DNA of 64,000 bases from an uncultured Actinomycetota bacterium (GTDB lineage Bacteria > Actinomycetota > Actinomycetes > Actinomycetales > Cellulomonadaceae): NCBI GenBank assembly GCA_963769855.1, contig CAVYNN010000007.1:558-64557 (forward strand). The letters run 5' to 3'. The notes under the pieces were generated by a model, which was not told the origin of the DNA, did no database searches, and saw only the letters and a list, made by a program, of their open reading frames with translations. The translations under genes were made by a program, and so were the position numbers. Of the stretch, positions 47,995 to 57,158 are shown in pieces (positions within the stretch are counted from its first letter, which is position 1; each line of letters starts with the position of its first letter).

Positions 47995-49163
47995 GCGACC
48001 CCCAACTCGGTCGCGAGGTTCTCGAACGTCTCGTGCCTCTTGGTGCCCAGGAGTCGGTACGCGTCGCGGTACGCGGTGCCACCTTCGAGAGCATCGCTGA
48101 TGACGGATCGGGCGAACTTGCGGGAGAGGCGGATCGGCTGCGTGTAGTAGTAGTTCCCGCCGCCACTCTCGCCCCGGCGCGCGGACATGGCGTCGATCAC
48201 CCTGTCGCGCTCGTCGGCGTACCGCACGCGGTAGTCGTCCCAGTCGAGGAATCGGGCGTCGAATAGCCGCTTGAGGATGACAAGCGTGCTCACTCGGTAT
48301 CGCCGCGCCAGACGCTCGAGCTCGGCGACGGTGGGTTCACCGCGATAGTCGGACTGAAGGGCTCCGAGCGGGACGAGCACCTCCGCAGCGACCCGGTTGC
48401 ACCAGATTTCGGTGGCGTTGTCACTCCGACGGGCCATGGCCGCGTCGGACAGCGCGCTGCCGCCGAGCCAGGCGTGGGCAAGCTCGTGTACGAGAGTGAA
48501 GATCTGCGCTGCCTTGGTATCCGCGCCGTTGACGAACACGACGGGCGCGATCGGGTCCACGAGCGTGAAGCCGCGGAACTCCTCGGGATCCAGCGGGCGG
48601 TGCGTGTTCGTCCCCACGATCCCGCTGATCATGACCAGGACGCCCGTGTCCTCGACGAGGTCGATCAGGCGGCGCAGTGCGTCTTCCCAGGAAGCGAAAC
48701 GCGCGCGATCGGCGAGCTCGAAGCCGAGGGACCGGCGGATCCGGTCGGCAGCGATCTCGTGGGGTGTCCTCACGGTCACGGAGCCAATGTCCAAGACCTC
48801 AGGCAGTCCGTGCAGGTTGGCGTAGTTGCGGTACCAGTCCTGGCGTGCTTGACAGAGGTAGATGGTGTCGAGCAGGTCCGCCGAGGGTCGCTCGATCGCA
48901 TGGTTGCCGTGCGTCCGCATGTCCGGAATCGGCAAAGGCTCGTCGGGCGGCTCCTGAAGGAAGAGGAGGCCGACCGGGGTATGGGTCGCCGCGGCGAACC
49001 CCTCCAGCTGCTTGAGTGTGGGCCGATGTCCGGCGATCCATCCGGCAGCATGTGGCGCTCGAGCCGCGAGCTCCTCATCCGTCCACCGAGCCCGCTCGAT
49101 GGCCCACTGCAGGAGCTCAGGCCGGACCTCGACTCTGAGCACCACCGGAATCACCACCCCCAT
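47991..49163 (-). CDS. ImmA/IrrE-family metallopeptidase with a degenerate N-terminal HTH
   Basis: HExxH as LVHELAHAWLG, and an N-terminal LQWAIERARWTDEELAAR...PTLKQLEGFAAATHTPVGLLFL. Start at ATG 49163 or 49217. Confidence 0.75.
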   Translation of the reverse strand: MGVVIPVVLRVEVRPELLQWAIERARWTDEELAARAPHAAGWIAGHRPTLKQLEGFAAATHTPVGLLFLQEPPDEPLPIPDMRTHGNHAIERPSADLLDTIYLCQARQDWYRNYANLHGLPEVLDIGSVTVRTPHEIAADRIRRSLGFELADRARFASWEDALRRLIDLVEDTGVLVMISGIVGTNTHRPLDPEEFRGFTLVDPIAPVVFVNGADTKAAQIFTLVHELAHAWLGGSALSDAAMARRSDNATEIWCNRVAAEVLVPLGALQSDYRGEPTVAELERLARRYRVSTLVILKRLFDARFLDWDDYRVRYADERDRVIDAMSARRGESGGGNYYYTQPIRLSRKFARSVISDALEGGTAYRDAYRLLGTKRHETFENLATELGVA

Positions 49164-49365
49164 GTCGTCAGATCGTTGCTGGAACGTCTGACATCGCACC
49201 TGATCAGCCGGGCTCATACAGATGTGGTGCGGTCGGCTCCGCCTCGTCCTGGCGGGACATCAGCCACCGTACTGCGCATGCGGTGCCACCTTCGATATCC
49301 GAGGTCGTTGCGCCCACCCGCACAACCTGGGACGACGCGGTCAAGAAGCCGATACCGTCGCCTGC

Positions 49366-52356
49366 GTGAGCGTCCACACGGAGCAGGCGTTCGAGGCGAC
49401 CATCGAGCAACATCTGCTCGGTGCCGGCTGGCGGCGGCTCGAGCCGGCTGGCTACGACCGGAGCCTCGGCCTGTTCCCCGACGAGCTGCTGGCGTTCATC
49501 GCGACGTCGCAGCCCGACGAGTGGAAGCAGCTCGTCCTGCGGCTCGGAGGCCCGGATCTCGCCCGCTCGAAGGTGGTCCAGCACATCTCGTCGCTCCTGG
49601 ACCACCGCGGCGCCATCAGCGTGCTGCGCTCCCCGGTGAAGCTCAACGGTGTCACCTTCCGCACCTGCTTCTTCAAGCCCGCCAACACGCTGACGCCGAA
49701 GCTCGTCGAGCGCTACGACGCGAACCGCACGGCGATCGTCCGCCAGCTGCACCACAGCGAGTCGAACTCTGCCGACTCGGTGGACGTCGCACTCGTCGTC
49801 AACGGCATCCCGACGGCCACCGCCGAGCTGAAGAACGGGCTGACTGGCCAGACCTTCAGCGATGCGGTGCGGCAGTACCGCACCGACCGCAACCCTGCCG
49901 ACCTGATCTTCCGGTCGCGAGCCGTCGTCCACTTCGCCGTGGACCCGCACCAGGTCTACATGACGACGAGGCTCGAGAAGCTCGCCACCCGGTTCCTGCC
50001 GTTCAACCAGGGCGGCGGCGGCCCTGGCCACAGAGGCGGCGCTGGGAACCCGGGCAATCCCGACGGCTACGACACTGCCTACCTGTGGGAGCAGGTGTGG
50101 CAGCGCGACGCCTGGCTGGACCTCCTCGGTTCGTTCGTGCACGTCGAGGACGGCACCGTGCTGTTCCCGCGGTTCCACCAGTGGCACGCCGTGCGGTCGA
50201 TCATCGCCGCGACCCTTCGCGACGGCGCCGGCACCAACCGGCTGATCCAGCACTCCGCCGGCTCCGGCAAGTCCAACACGATCGCCTGGACGGCCCACGC
50301 GCTGTCCCGGCTGCACGACGAGACGAACTCCCCGATCTTCGACAAGGTCGTCGTCATCACCGACCGCGTGGTGCTCGACCGCCAGCTTCAGGACACCGTC
50401 GCCGGCCTGGAGCACACGCCAGGCACGATCGTGCGGATCGACAAGGACTCCGCCCAGCTCCATCAGGCGCTGGCAGGCAACGCCGCCCGGATCATCATCA
50501 CCACGCTGCAGAAGTTCCCCGTGGTGGCGACGATGGCCGCCGAGGTGGTCGGGCTCCACTTCGCGGTGATCGTCGACGAGGCGCACTCCTCGACCTCCGG
50601 CGAGTCGATCAAGCAGCTCCAGGCGGTGCTGTCCACCGGCGAGATCGCCGAGCTGACAGCCGAGGAGACCGACGCCGACGAGGGCGTCGACCTCGGGACC
50701 GACGTCATCGCACACTCGGCCGCGGCTCGTCGGGCTCAGCACAACCTCAGCTACCTCGCGTTCACCGCAACGCCGAAGCCGAAGACGCTCAACCTGTTCG
50801 GCGAGCTGGTGCCCGGGACGCCGGACACGTACGTGCCGTTCCACCTGTACTCGATGCGGCAGGCGATCGAGGAGCGCTTCATCCTCGATGTGCTCGCTAG
50901 CTACACGACCTACCAGACCTACTTCAAGCTGGCCACGTCCACGCCCGAGGACCGCGAGGTGCGGGTGGACGAGGCCCGGGCCGAGCTGGCCCGGTTCGTC
51001 GCCCTGCACCCAACGAATCTGTCGGCCAAAGCCCGGATCATCGTCGAGCACTTCCGGGCCAAGACCCGCGGCAAGATCGCCGGCCACGCCAAGGCGATGG
51101 TGGTGACGCGCTCGCGGCAGCACGCGGTGCGGTACTTCCAGGCGATCAGTGCGTACATCAAGGAGAAGGGCTACGACTCGGGGCCGCACCCCCTCGGCGT
51201 GCTCATCGCGTTCTCCGGGACGCTGAACGACGAGGGCGTCGCCTACACCGAGCCGATGCTCAACGGGTTCGGCGAGGCCGAGCTGCCGAAGCGCTTCGAG
51301 ACCGACGACTACCAGTTGCTCGTCGTCGCCGAGAAGTACCAGACGGGGTACGACCAGCCGCTGCTGCACACCATGTACGTCGACAAGAAGCTCGCCGGTG
51401 TCCGAGCCGTGCAGACGCTGTCCCGGCTCAACCGCACCCACGACGACAAGACCGACACGTTCATCCTCGACTTCGCGAACACGGTCGAGGAGATCCAGGA
51501 CGCCTTCGCGGGCTTCTATGAGTCCACGTCGGCCCTGGTCGCCGACCCGAACGACATCTACAACCTGCTCCACACGCTGATGACCCTCCCCGTGCTCGAC
51601 GAGGCCGAGATGGACCAGGCCGTCGCAGCCCTGCTGTCCGGGCAGCAGTCGAAGCAGCAGGTGGTCTACGCGATGACCGGCCGCGCGGTGGCGCGTTTCG
51701 GGGGCTTGGACGACGACCAGCAGGACTTGTTCCGGGGCGCGCTGAACGCCTACGTGCGGGCGTACACGTTCTTCGCCCAAGTGATGACGTGGACCGATCG
51801 CGAGCTCGAGCGCCTCTACCTCTTCGGCAAGGCCCTGGTGACCCAGCTGCCGCGCCACGCGGACGACCCGATGCCGCAGGTCGCCGACGAGGTCGAGCTG
51901 ACCCACCTGCGCACCGCACTCATCGCCGAGGAGGAGAACGCCGCCCTCGACGCCGGGAGTGAGGAGCCGGGCCAGGTGCTGCCCGGCGAGGGCAAGGGCG
52001 GTCAAGACCCCCTGGTCGACAAGCTCTCCGCGCTGATCGAACGGCTGAACGATAAGTTCGGTGTCGGAACCACGGACGCGGACAAGGTCTGGTTCACCCA
52101 GCAGCGCCTCGACGTCATGGCGGACGACGAGCTGCGGGTGGTCGCCCTCAACAACGACCGCGACGGGTTCGAGCTGGTGCTGGGTCAGCGGGTGCCGCAC
52201 CACGTCGCGAAGCGCCACCAGGAGAACCAGAAGATGTTCGACCTGTTCTTCGGCAACCCGCGGTTTCAGCGGATGGTGGTCCAGTACATGGGCGACGTGT
52301 ACGACGAGTTCCGCGCGGATGAGGTGGCGGCGCCGGCCGGGCCGAGCGCCGGGTAG
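49366..52356 (+). CDS. hsdR: Type I restriction enzyme R subunit (helicase-nuclease)
   Basis: GTG 49366 gives VSVHTEQAFEATIEQHL (HSDR_N). Walker A QHSAGSGKSNT and DEAH box VIVDEAHSS. The 48 codons upstream in the ORF track look non-coding. Confidence 0.9.
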   Translation: MSVHTEQAFEATIEQHLLGAGWRRLEPAGYDRSLGLFPDELLAFIATSQPDEWKQLVLRLGGPDLARSKVVQHISSLLDHRGAISVLRSPVKLNGVTFRTCFFKPANTLTPKLVERYDANRTAIVRQLHHSESNSADSVDVALVVNGIPTATAELKNGLTGQTFSDAVRQYRTDRNPADLIFRSRAVVHFAVDPHQVYMTTRLEKLATRFLPFNQGGGGPGHRGGAGNPGNPDGYDTAYLWEQVWQRDAWLDLLGSFVHVEDGTVLFPRFHQWHAVRSIIAATLRDGAGTNRLIQHSAGSGKSNTIAWTAHALSRLHDETNSPIFDKVVVITDRVVLDRQLQDTVAGLEHTPGTIVRIDKDSAQLHQALAGNAARIIITTLQKFPVVATMAAEVVGLHFAVIVDEAHSSTSGESIKQLQAVLSTGEIAELTAEETDADEGVDLGTDVIAHSAAARRAQHNLSYLAFTATPKPKTLNLFGELVPGTPDTYVPFHLYSMRQAIEERFILDVLASYTTYQTYFKLATSTPEDREVRVDEARAELARFVALHPTNLSAKARIIVEHFRAKTRGKIAGHAKAMVVTRSRQHAVRYFQAISAYIKEKGYDSGPHPLGVLIAFSGTLNDEGVAYTEPMLNGFGEAELPKRFETDDYQLLVVAEKYQTGYDQPLLHTMYVDKKLAGVRAVQTLSRLNRTHDDKTDTFILDFANTVEEIQDAFAGFYESTSALVADPNDIYNLLHTLMTLPVLDEAEMDQAVAALLSGQQSKQQVVYAMTGRAVARFGGLDDDQQDLFRGALNAYVRAYTFFAQVMTWTDRELERLYLFGKALVTQLPRHADDPMPQVADEVELTHLRTALIAEEENAALDAGSEEPGQVLPGEGKGGQDPLVDKLSALIERLNDKFGVGTTDADKVWFTQQRLDVMADDELRVVALNNDRDGFELVLGQRVPHHVAKRHQENQKMFDLFFGNPRFQRMVVQYMGDVYDEFRADEVAAPAGPSAG

Positions 52357-52359
52357 GTC

Positions 52360-53799
52360 TCAGGCCTTTCCGACGAGCTCGGGCGTGCGCTCGTCGGCCG
52401 GCGCCTGGTCGCGCGCGGCCACCCACCGTCCGGGCAGCCAGCAGCAGGCGACGAGCGCGAGCGCGGTGAACCCGACCGCCCACCAGAACGCGCGGTGGAA
52501 CGCCGCGAGCGGGTCGCCGGTCACCTGGACCGCGGCGTCGAGCACCACGGCGAGGATCGCGGTGCCGAAGGCGCCGCCCACCTGCTGGGAGATCCTGGTG
52601 AGCACCGAGGCGTGCGGCACCTCGTCGGGCCTGGTGTCGAGGTACGCCACGGTCATCACCGGGATCATCGCGCCGCCCAGGCCGAAGCCGCGGACGAGAA
52701 GGACCGTGACCAGCCACCACGTGCTCGTCGTCGGGCCCGCGAAGGCGAACGGGACGGTCGTCAGTGCGACGAGGAAGAACGCGGCCATCGTGACGGCCCG
52801 GGCGCCGATCGCGTCGGTCAACCGGCCGGCCAGCACGCGGCTGAAGATCGACCCGACGCCCTGCGGCACCATCATCAGGCCGGCCGTCAGCGCGGTGGCG
52901 CCGCGCACCTGCTGCCAGAACAGGGGCAGCAGCAGCATGGTGCCGAGCGTCGAGGCGCCCACGACGAACAGCGCGGCCGACGACGAGCCCACCGACCGCA
53001 GCCGCAGCAGCCGCACGTCGACCAGGGCGGCGCCGCGTCCGCGCACCGCATGAGCGACGAACGCGGCGACCAGCACGACACCGACCGCGAGCGGGACGAG
53101 CACCCGCGGATGGCCGAAGCCGTCGTCCACGCCCACCTGCGACAGCCCGTAGAGGAGCCCGACGAGGCCACCGGGCAGCAGCAACGCCCCGACGCCGTCG
53201 AGCGGCACGCGCGCGGCGAGCCGGGAGGCGGGCACCCAGGCGCGGGCCAGGATGAAGCCGACGACGAGGAGCGGCACGTTGATCCAGAACATCCAGCGCC
53301 AGTCCAGCCAGTGGAGCACGGCGCCGCCGACGAGCGGGCCCAGCACCGGGCCGAGCACCGCCGGAAGGCTGACGAGCGAGACGAGCCGGCCGGTGACCTT
53401 GCCGGCCATCGCCTGCATCGGCAGCGTCGTCATGAGCGGCATGAGGATGCCGCCGCCGATGCCCTGCAGCGCCCGCGCCGCGATCAGCCAGCCGACGGTG
53501 GGCGAGAGGCTGGCGGCGACCGAGCCGAGAAGGAACAGCGTGAGGCCGGCCAGCCAGAGGTTCCTGCCTCCGACGCGCCCCTGGGCCCACACCGCGAGGG
53601 GGATCGCGACGGCCAGCGCGAGCAGGTAGCCGGTGGACACCCACTGGATGGTGGCCAGCGACGCGTGCAGGTCGGTGGCGAGCGTCTGGACGGCGATCGA
53701 GACGATCGTCGAGTCGAACAGGACGGCGATGCCGCCGACGAGCGTCGCGACGACCACGCGGACCAGGCGCGGGTCGAGCTTCTCGGTGGTCCCTGACAT
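52360..53799 (-). CDS. MFS transporter, DHA2 (EmrB/QacA-like) drug efflux family
   Basis: 479 aa from ATG 53799 with about 14 hydrophobic segments. Its stop lies 3 nt from the hsdR stop. Confidence 0.8.
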   Translation of the reverse strand: MSGTTEKLDPRLVRVVVATLVGGIAVLFDSTIVSIAVQTLATDLHASLATIQWVSTGYLLALAVAIPLAVWAQGRVGGRNLWLAGLTLFLLGSVAASLSPTVGWLIAARALQGIGGGILMPLMTTLPMQAMAGKVTGRLVSLVSLPAVLGPVLGPLVGGAVLHWLDWRWMFWINVPLLVVGFILARAWVPASRLAARVPLDGVGALLLPGGLVGLLYGLSQVGVDDGFGHPRVLVPLAVGVVLVAAFVAHAVRGRGAALVDVRLLRLRSVGSSSAALFVVGASTLGTMLLLPLFWQQVRGATALTAGLMMVPQGVGSIFSRVLAGRLTDAIGARAVTMAAFFLVALTTVPFAFAGPTTSTWWLVTVLLVRGFGLGGAMIPVMTVAYLDTRPDEVPHASVLTRISQQVGGAFGTAILAVVLDAAVQVTGDPLAAFHRAFWWAVGFTALALVACCWLPGRWVAARDQAPADERTPELVGKA

Positions 53800-53868
53800 G
53801 ACAGCCTCGTAAGAGTCGTTGGTGTATCTAACGAGGGCGACCGTACGTTGCTGCGATAAGATACGCAA

Positions 53869-54579
53869 ATGGATCTTCAGGGGGCCGAGGCCGGTGCCGA
53901 GCGGCGGGCGGCGCGGCGGGCCGGGCTGGCGCAGCGGCGCGAGGCGCACGCTCGTGCGCGAGCCGCGGCGTCGGGCTCGCCGCTCCGCCGGCGCCGCGGG
54001 GCCGAGCTCGAGGACGCGCTGCTCGAGGCGGTCTGGGACGAGCTCGCCTCGAGCGGCTACGCCGAGCTGACGTACGAGAGGGTCGCCTACCGGGCTGCCA
54101 CCAGCCGCAGCGTCGTCTACCGGCGCTGGCCGACGAAGGCGGAGATGGTCCTCGCGGCGATCGCCCATCGCGGCGCGCGCTCGGCGCTGCACGTACCGGA
54201 CACTGGCAGCCTGCGTGGCGACCTGCTCGCGACGCTGCGCAGCTTCAACGAGTTGCGCCCCGACGCGATGGTGGTGTTCGGCCTGCAGGTCGGCACCTTC
54301 GCCCTGGACAGCGGCCTCAGCCTGGCCACGGTGCGCCAGTCCTGGATGGGCGACCGCGAGACGGGGCTCGTCCACATCGTCGAGCGGGCGATCGCCCGCG
54401 GCGAGGTCGAGGAGGCACGCGCCACGCCGCGCGCGGTCCAGGTGGCCCTCGACCTGCTGCGGCACGACGTGCTGATGCGGATGGACAGCGTCTCCGACGT
54501 CGAGATCGTCGAGATCGTCGACCAGGTCGCCGTGCCGCTGCTCACCGGCCGCCCACCGGAGAAGCTCCCGGCAGCGTGA
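53869..54579 (+). CDS. TetR-family transcriptional regulator
   Basis: ALLEAVWDELASSGYAELTYERVAYRAATSRSVVYRRWPTKAEMV. Divergent from the MFS gene. Confidence 0.8.
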   Translation: MDLQGAEAGAERRAARRAGLAQRREAHARARAAASGSPLRRRRGAELEDALLEAVWDELASSGYAELTYERVAYRAATSRSVVYRRWPTKAEMVLAAIAHRGARSALHVPDTGSLRGDLLATLRSFNELRPDAMVVFGLQVGTFALDSGLSLATVRQSWMGDRETGLVHIVERAIARGEVEEARATPRAVQVALDLLRHDVLMRMDSVSDVEIVEIVDQVAVPLLTGRPPEKLPAA

Positions 54580-56192
54580 CCGTGAAGTGCGAGATCGATC
54601 AGCGGATCGTTCAGGTCGTGTCAGGGTCGGGCGGCTACCGTGGGGCCGTGCCCTCCGCCCGCCGCCGCCTCACGTTCATCGCGACGCTGTCCGCGGCGCT
54701 GGCGCTCGGGGGCTGCGTGGCCCCGGTGCACCAGGTGACGCCGCCGACGACGCACCCCACCGTCGCCGCCCCGCCGTCGTCGGTGCCGGCCGGCGCGGCG
54801 AAGTTCTACAACCAGCACGTCGCCTGGTCGTCCTGCCCCCAGGGCACCCAGGCGGAGCAGTGCGCGACGATCGAGGTCCCCCTGGACTGGGCGAACCCGG
54901 CCGGCAAGACGATCAAGCTCGCGGTGGCCCGGGACGCGGCGACCGGCAGCAACCCGGTCGGCTCGATCCTGGTCAACCCCGGCGGGCCGGGCGCCTCCGC
55001 GATCGACTTCCTCTCCACGGTCGACACGATCATGAGCGCCGACGTGCGCGACGAGTACGACCTGGTCGCCTTCGACCCCCGCGGGGTGGGCCGCAGCGCC
55101 CCCGTGACCTGCTACGACGGCCCGCAGATGGATGAGCTGACCGCCGCGGACTTCAACCTGAGCACCGATGCCGGGGTCCAGGCGCAGGAGGACGCGTGGG
55201 GCGCCTTCGGCAAGGCGTGCGCCGCCAAGACCGGGATCGACGTGCTGGCCCACATCGACACCGTGAGCAGCGCGCGCGACATGGACGTCGTGCGCGCCCT
55301 CGTCGGCGACGTGACGCTCGACTACCTCGGCTACTCCTACGGCACCAAGCTCGGCGCCACCTACGCCGCGCTCTTCCCGACGACGGTCGGCCGGATGGTG
55401 CTGGACTCGGCCCTTGACCCACGCGTCGACGGCGACCAGATGTCCGCAGGGCAGGCGGCCGGCTTCGAGAGCGCGTTGCGGGCCTACGTCACCGACTGCC
55501 TCAGCGGCTCGCGCTGCCCGCTGTCCGGGTCGGTCGACCAGGCGATGGCGCAGATCAAGACGATGCTCGACAAGACCCACACCTCGCCGCTGCCGACCCA
55601 GTCCGGGCGCCGGCTGACCGCCCCGCTCGCCTTCACCGGCATCGCGTACCCGCTCTACTCGCAGTCGGCGTGGCCGCAGCTGACCACCGCGCTGCGGGCC
55701 GCGCTGGCCGGGGACGGCACGGTGCTGCTCGCGCTGTCCGACGCCTACTACGACCGCGCTCCGGACGGCACCTACACGACGAACACCACCGAGGCGTTCA
55801 GCGCGATCAGCTGCCTTGACCTGCCCGCGAGCACCGACCTGGCCACGATGCGGGCCGACGCCGCCCAGATCGAGAAGGTGGCGCCGACGGTCGGAGAGTT
55901 CTTCAGCTACTCCGGCACCCTGTGCGCGCAGTGGCCGGTGCCCGAGGTCGGCGGGCTGACCGACTACTCCGCCAAGGGAGCCCCGCCGATCCTCGTCATC
56001 GGCACGACGAACGACCCGGCGACCCCGTACGTCTGGGCGCAGTCGCTCGCGTCCGAGCTCTCGTCGGGCGTGCTGCTGACGCACGTCGGCCAAGGGCACG
56101 GCGTGTACGGCCTCGGCAACGCGTGCGCGACCAGCGCGGTGGACGACTACTTCCTGGACGGGACGACCCCGCCGGTCGGCACGCGCTGCTGA
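54576..56192 (+). CDS. Secreted alpha/beta hydrolase, tripeptidyl-aminopeptidase (TAP)-like
   Basis: Lipobox-like LALGGC and nucleophile elbow LGYSYGTKLG. GTGA overlap with the TetR stop; GTG 54648 is an alternative start. Confidence 0.75.
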   Translation: MTVKCEIDQRIVQVVSGSGGYRGAVPSARRRLTFIATLSAALALGGCVAPVHQVTPPTTHPTVAAPPSSVPAGAAKFYNQHVAWSSCPQGTQAEQCATIEVPLDWANPAGKTIKLAVARDAATGSNPVGSILVNPGGPGASAIDFLSTVDTIMSADVRDEYDLVAFDPRGVGRSAPVTCYDGPQMDELTAADFNLSTDAGVQAQEDAWGAFGKACAAKTGIDVLAHIDTVSSARDMDVVRALVGDVTLDYLGYSYGTKLGATYAALFPTTVGRMVLDSALDPRVDGDQMSAGQAAGFESALRAYVTDCLSGSRCPLSGSVDQAMAQIKTMLDKTHTSPLPTQSGRRLTAPLAFTGIAYPLYSQSAWPQLTTALRAALAGDGTVLLALSDAYYDRAPDGTYTTNTTEAFSAISCLDLPASTDLATMRADAAQIEKVAPTVGEFFSYSGTLCAQWPVPEVGGLTDYSAKGAPPILVIGTTNDPATPYVWAQSLASELSSGVLLTHVGQGHGVYGLGNACATSAVDDYFLDGTTPPVGTRC

Positions 56193-56264
56193 CCGGCGGG
56201 GACGCGCCGGCCACCGGTGTCACCCGCGGCGCCCGGTCGGCCGGGCCTCGTCGGGCGAACCGCT

Positions 56265-56293
56265 TTGGAGCGGGCCCCGCCGTTGGGTACAGT
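56265..56293 (+). promoter_or_regulatory. Predicted sigma-A type promoter for tRNA-Thr
   Basis: TTGGAG (56265-56270), 17-nt spacer, TACAGT (56288-56293), about 30 nt upstream of the tRNA. Confidence 0.4.
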
Positions 56294-56322
56294 TGCCCCG
56301 CTCGTCGGGCTCGCCCGACGAC

Positions 56323-56395
56323 GCCGCCTTAGCTCAGTCGGCAGAGCGTCTCACTCGTAATGAGAAGGTCCCGAGTTCGATTCTCGGAGGCGGCT
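56323..56395 (+). tRNA. tRNA-Thr (anticodon CGT/CGU)
   Basis: Cloverleaf by hand. Acceptor GCCGCCT/AGGCGGC, D arm GCTC-AGTCGGCA-GAGC, anticodon arm TCTCA-CTCGTAA-TGAGA (CGT at 56356-56358), T arm CCGAG-TTCGATT-CTCGG, discriminator T. 73 nt. Confidence 0.9.
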
Positions 56396-56415
56396 CAGAT
56401 ATAGCAGCAGGTCAG

Positions 56416-56433
56416 AGGCCCCGTTCGGGGCCT
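56416..56433 (+). terminator. Hairpin with T-rich tail after the tRNA
   Basis: AGGCCCC-GTTC-GGGGCCT followed by TTCGCTT. Confidence 0.5.
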
Positions 56434-56555
56434 TTCGCTTGTATACGGGGGAGCCGCCGGGAGCCGCTCCGGGAGCCACGGAGCCACTGGCCCGGAGCAG
56501 GCGTCTCATTTCCGGCGGTGATATACGGCGCGCCCGAGACTTCACCCGCGCAGTG

Positions 56556-57044
56556 TCAGGCCAGAACTCCGGGAGGCGGCGTAGCCCGCTGCGACTGCCC
56601 CAACGGCGCATGGGCGGCTCGGCGCTGAGCATCCCTAACGGCGGCCTCCACGGCGTCCGCGATGTCGGCGATGTTCTCGTGCTCCCAGAAGCGCAGAACG
56701 GTCCAGCCAGCAGCCGTGAGGGCGGACGTAGTCTCGGCGTCGCGGGCGACGTTACGGGCCAGCTTCGGCGACCAGTAGTGCTCGTTGACGGTCGGCATAC
56801 GGCTGTGGACGGGACAGGCGTGCCAGAAGCAGCCGTCGACGAAGACGGCAACCCTCCACCGCGTGAACACCACGTCAGCCGTCCGCCGCAGCGTCGGCAC
56901 GGGTCTCGTGGCAACGCGATAGCGCAGACCACGCTGGTGAAGTTCCCGGCGCAGCAAGAGTTCGGGACGGGTGTCCCGCGACCGGATCGCCTGCATGTTG
57001 GCGCGACGTCCCGGGGTGGATGCCCATGACTGCGTCTCGGTCAC
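56556..57044 (-). CDS. vsr: Very short patch repair endonuclease
   Basis: 162 aa from an in-frame GTG. RRANMQAIRSRDTRPE...TADVVF...VAVFVDGCFWHACP...GWTVLRFWEHE matches Vsr blocks. Confidence 0.85.
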   Translation of the reverse strand: MTETQSWASTPGRRANMQAIRSRDTRPELLLRRELHQRGLRYRVATRPVPTLRRTADVVFTRWRVAVFVDGCFWHACPVHSRMPTVNEHYWSPKLARNVARDAETTSALTAAGWTVLRFWEHENIADIADAVEAAVRDAQRRAAHAPLGQSQRATPPPGVLA

Positions 57045-57158
57045 TAGGCGAACGTACGGCGTGTGGGTGGTCGGGCATACGTTCGCGCGGCAGGCGTGGC
57101 TCCCACGCCCCGGGCGCGTGCGCGGGTAGCGTCGCGCCAACGAAGCGAGGGGTGGCAA

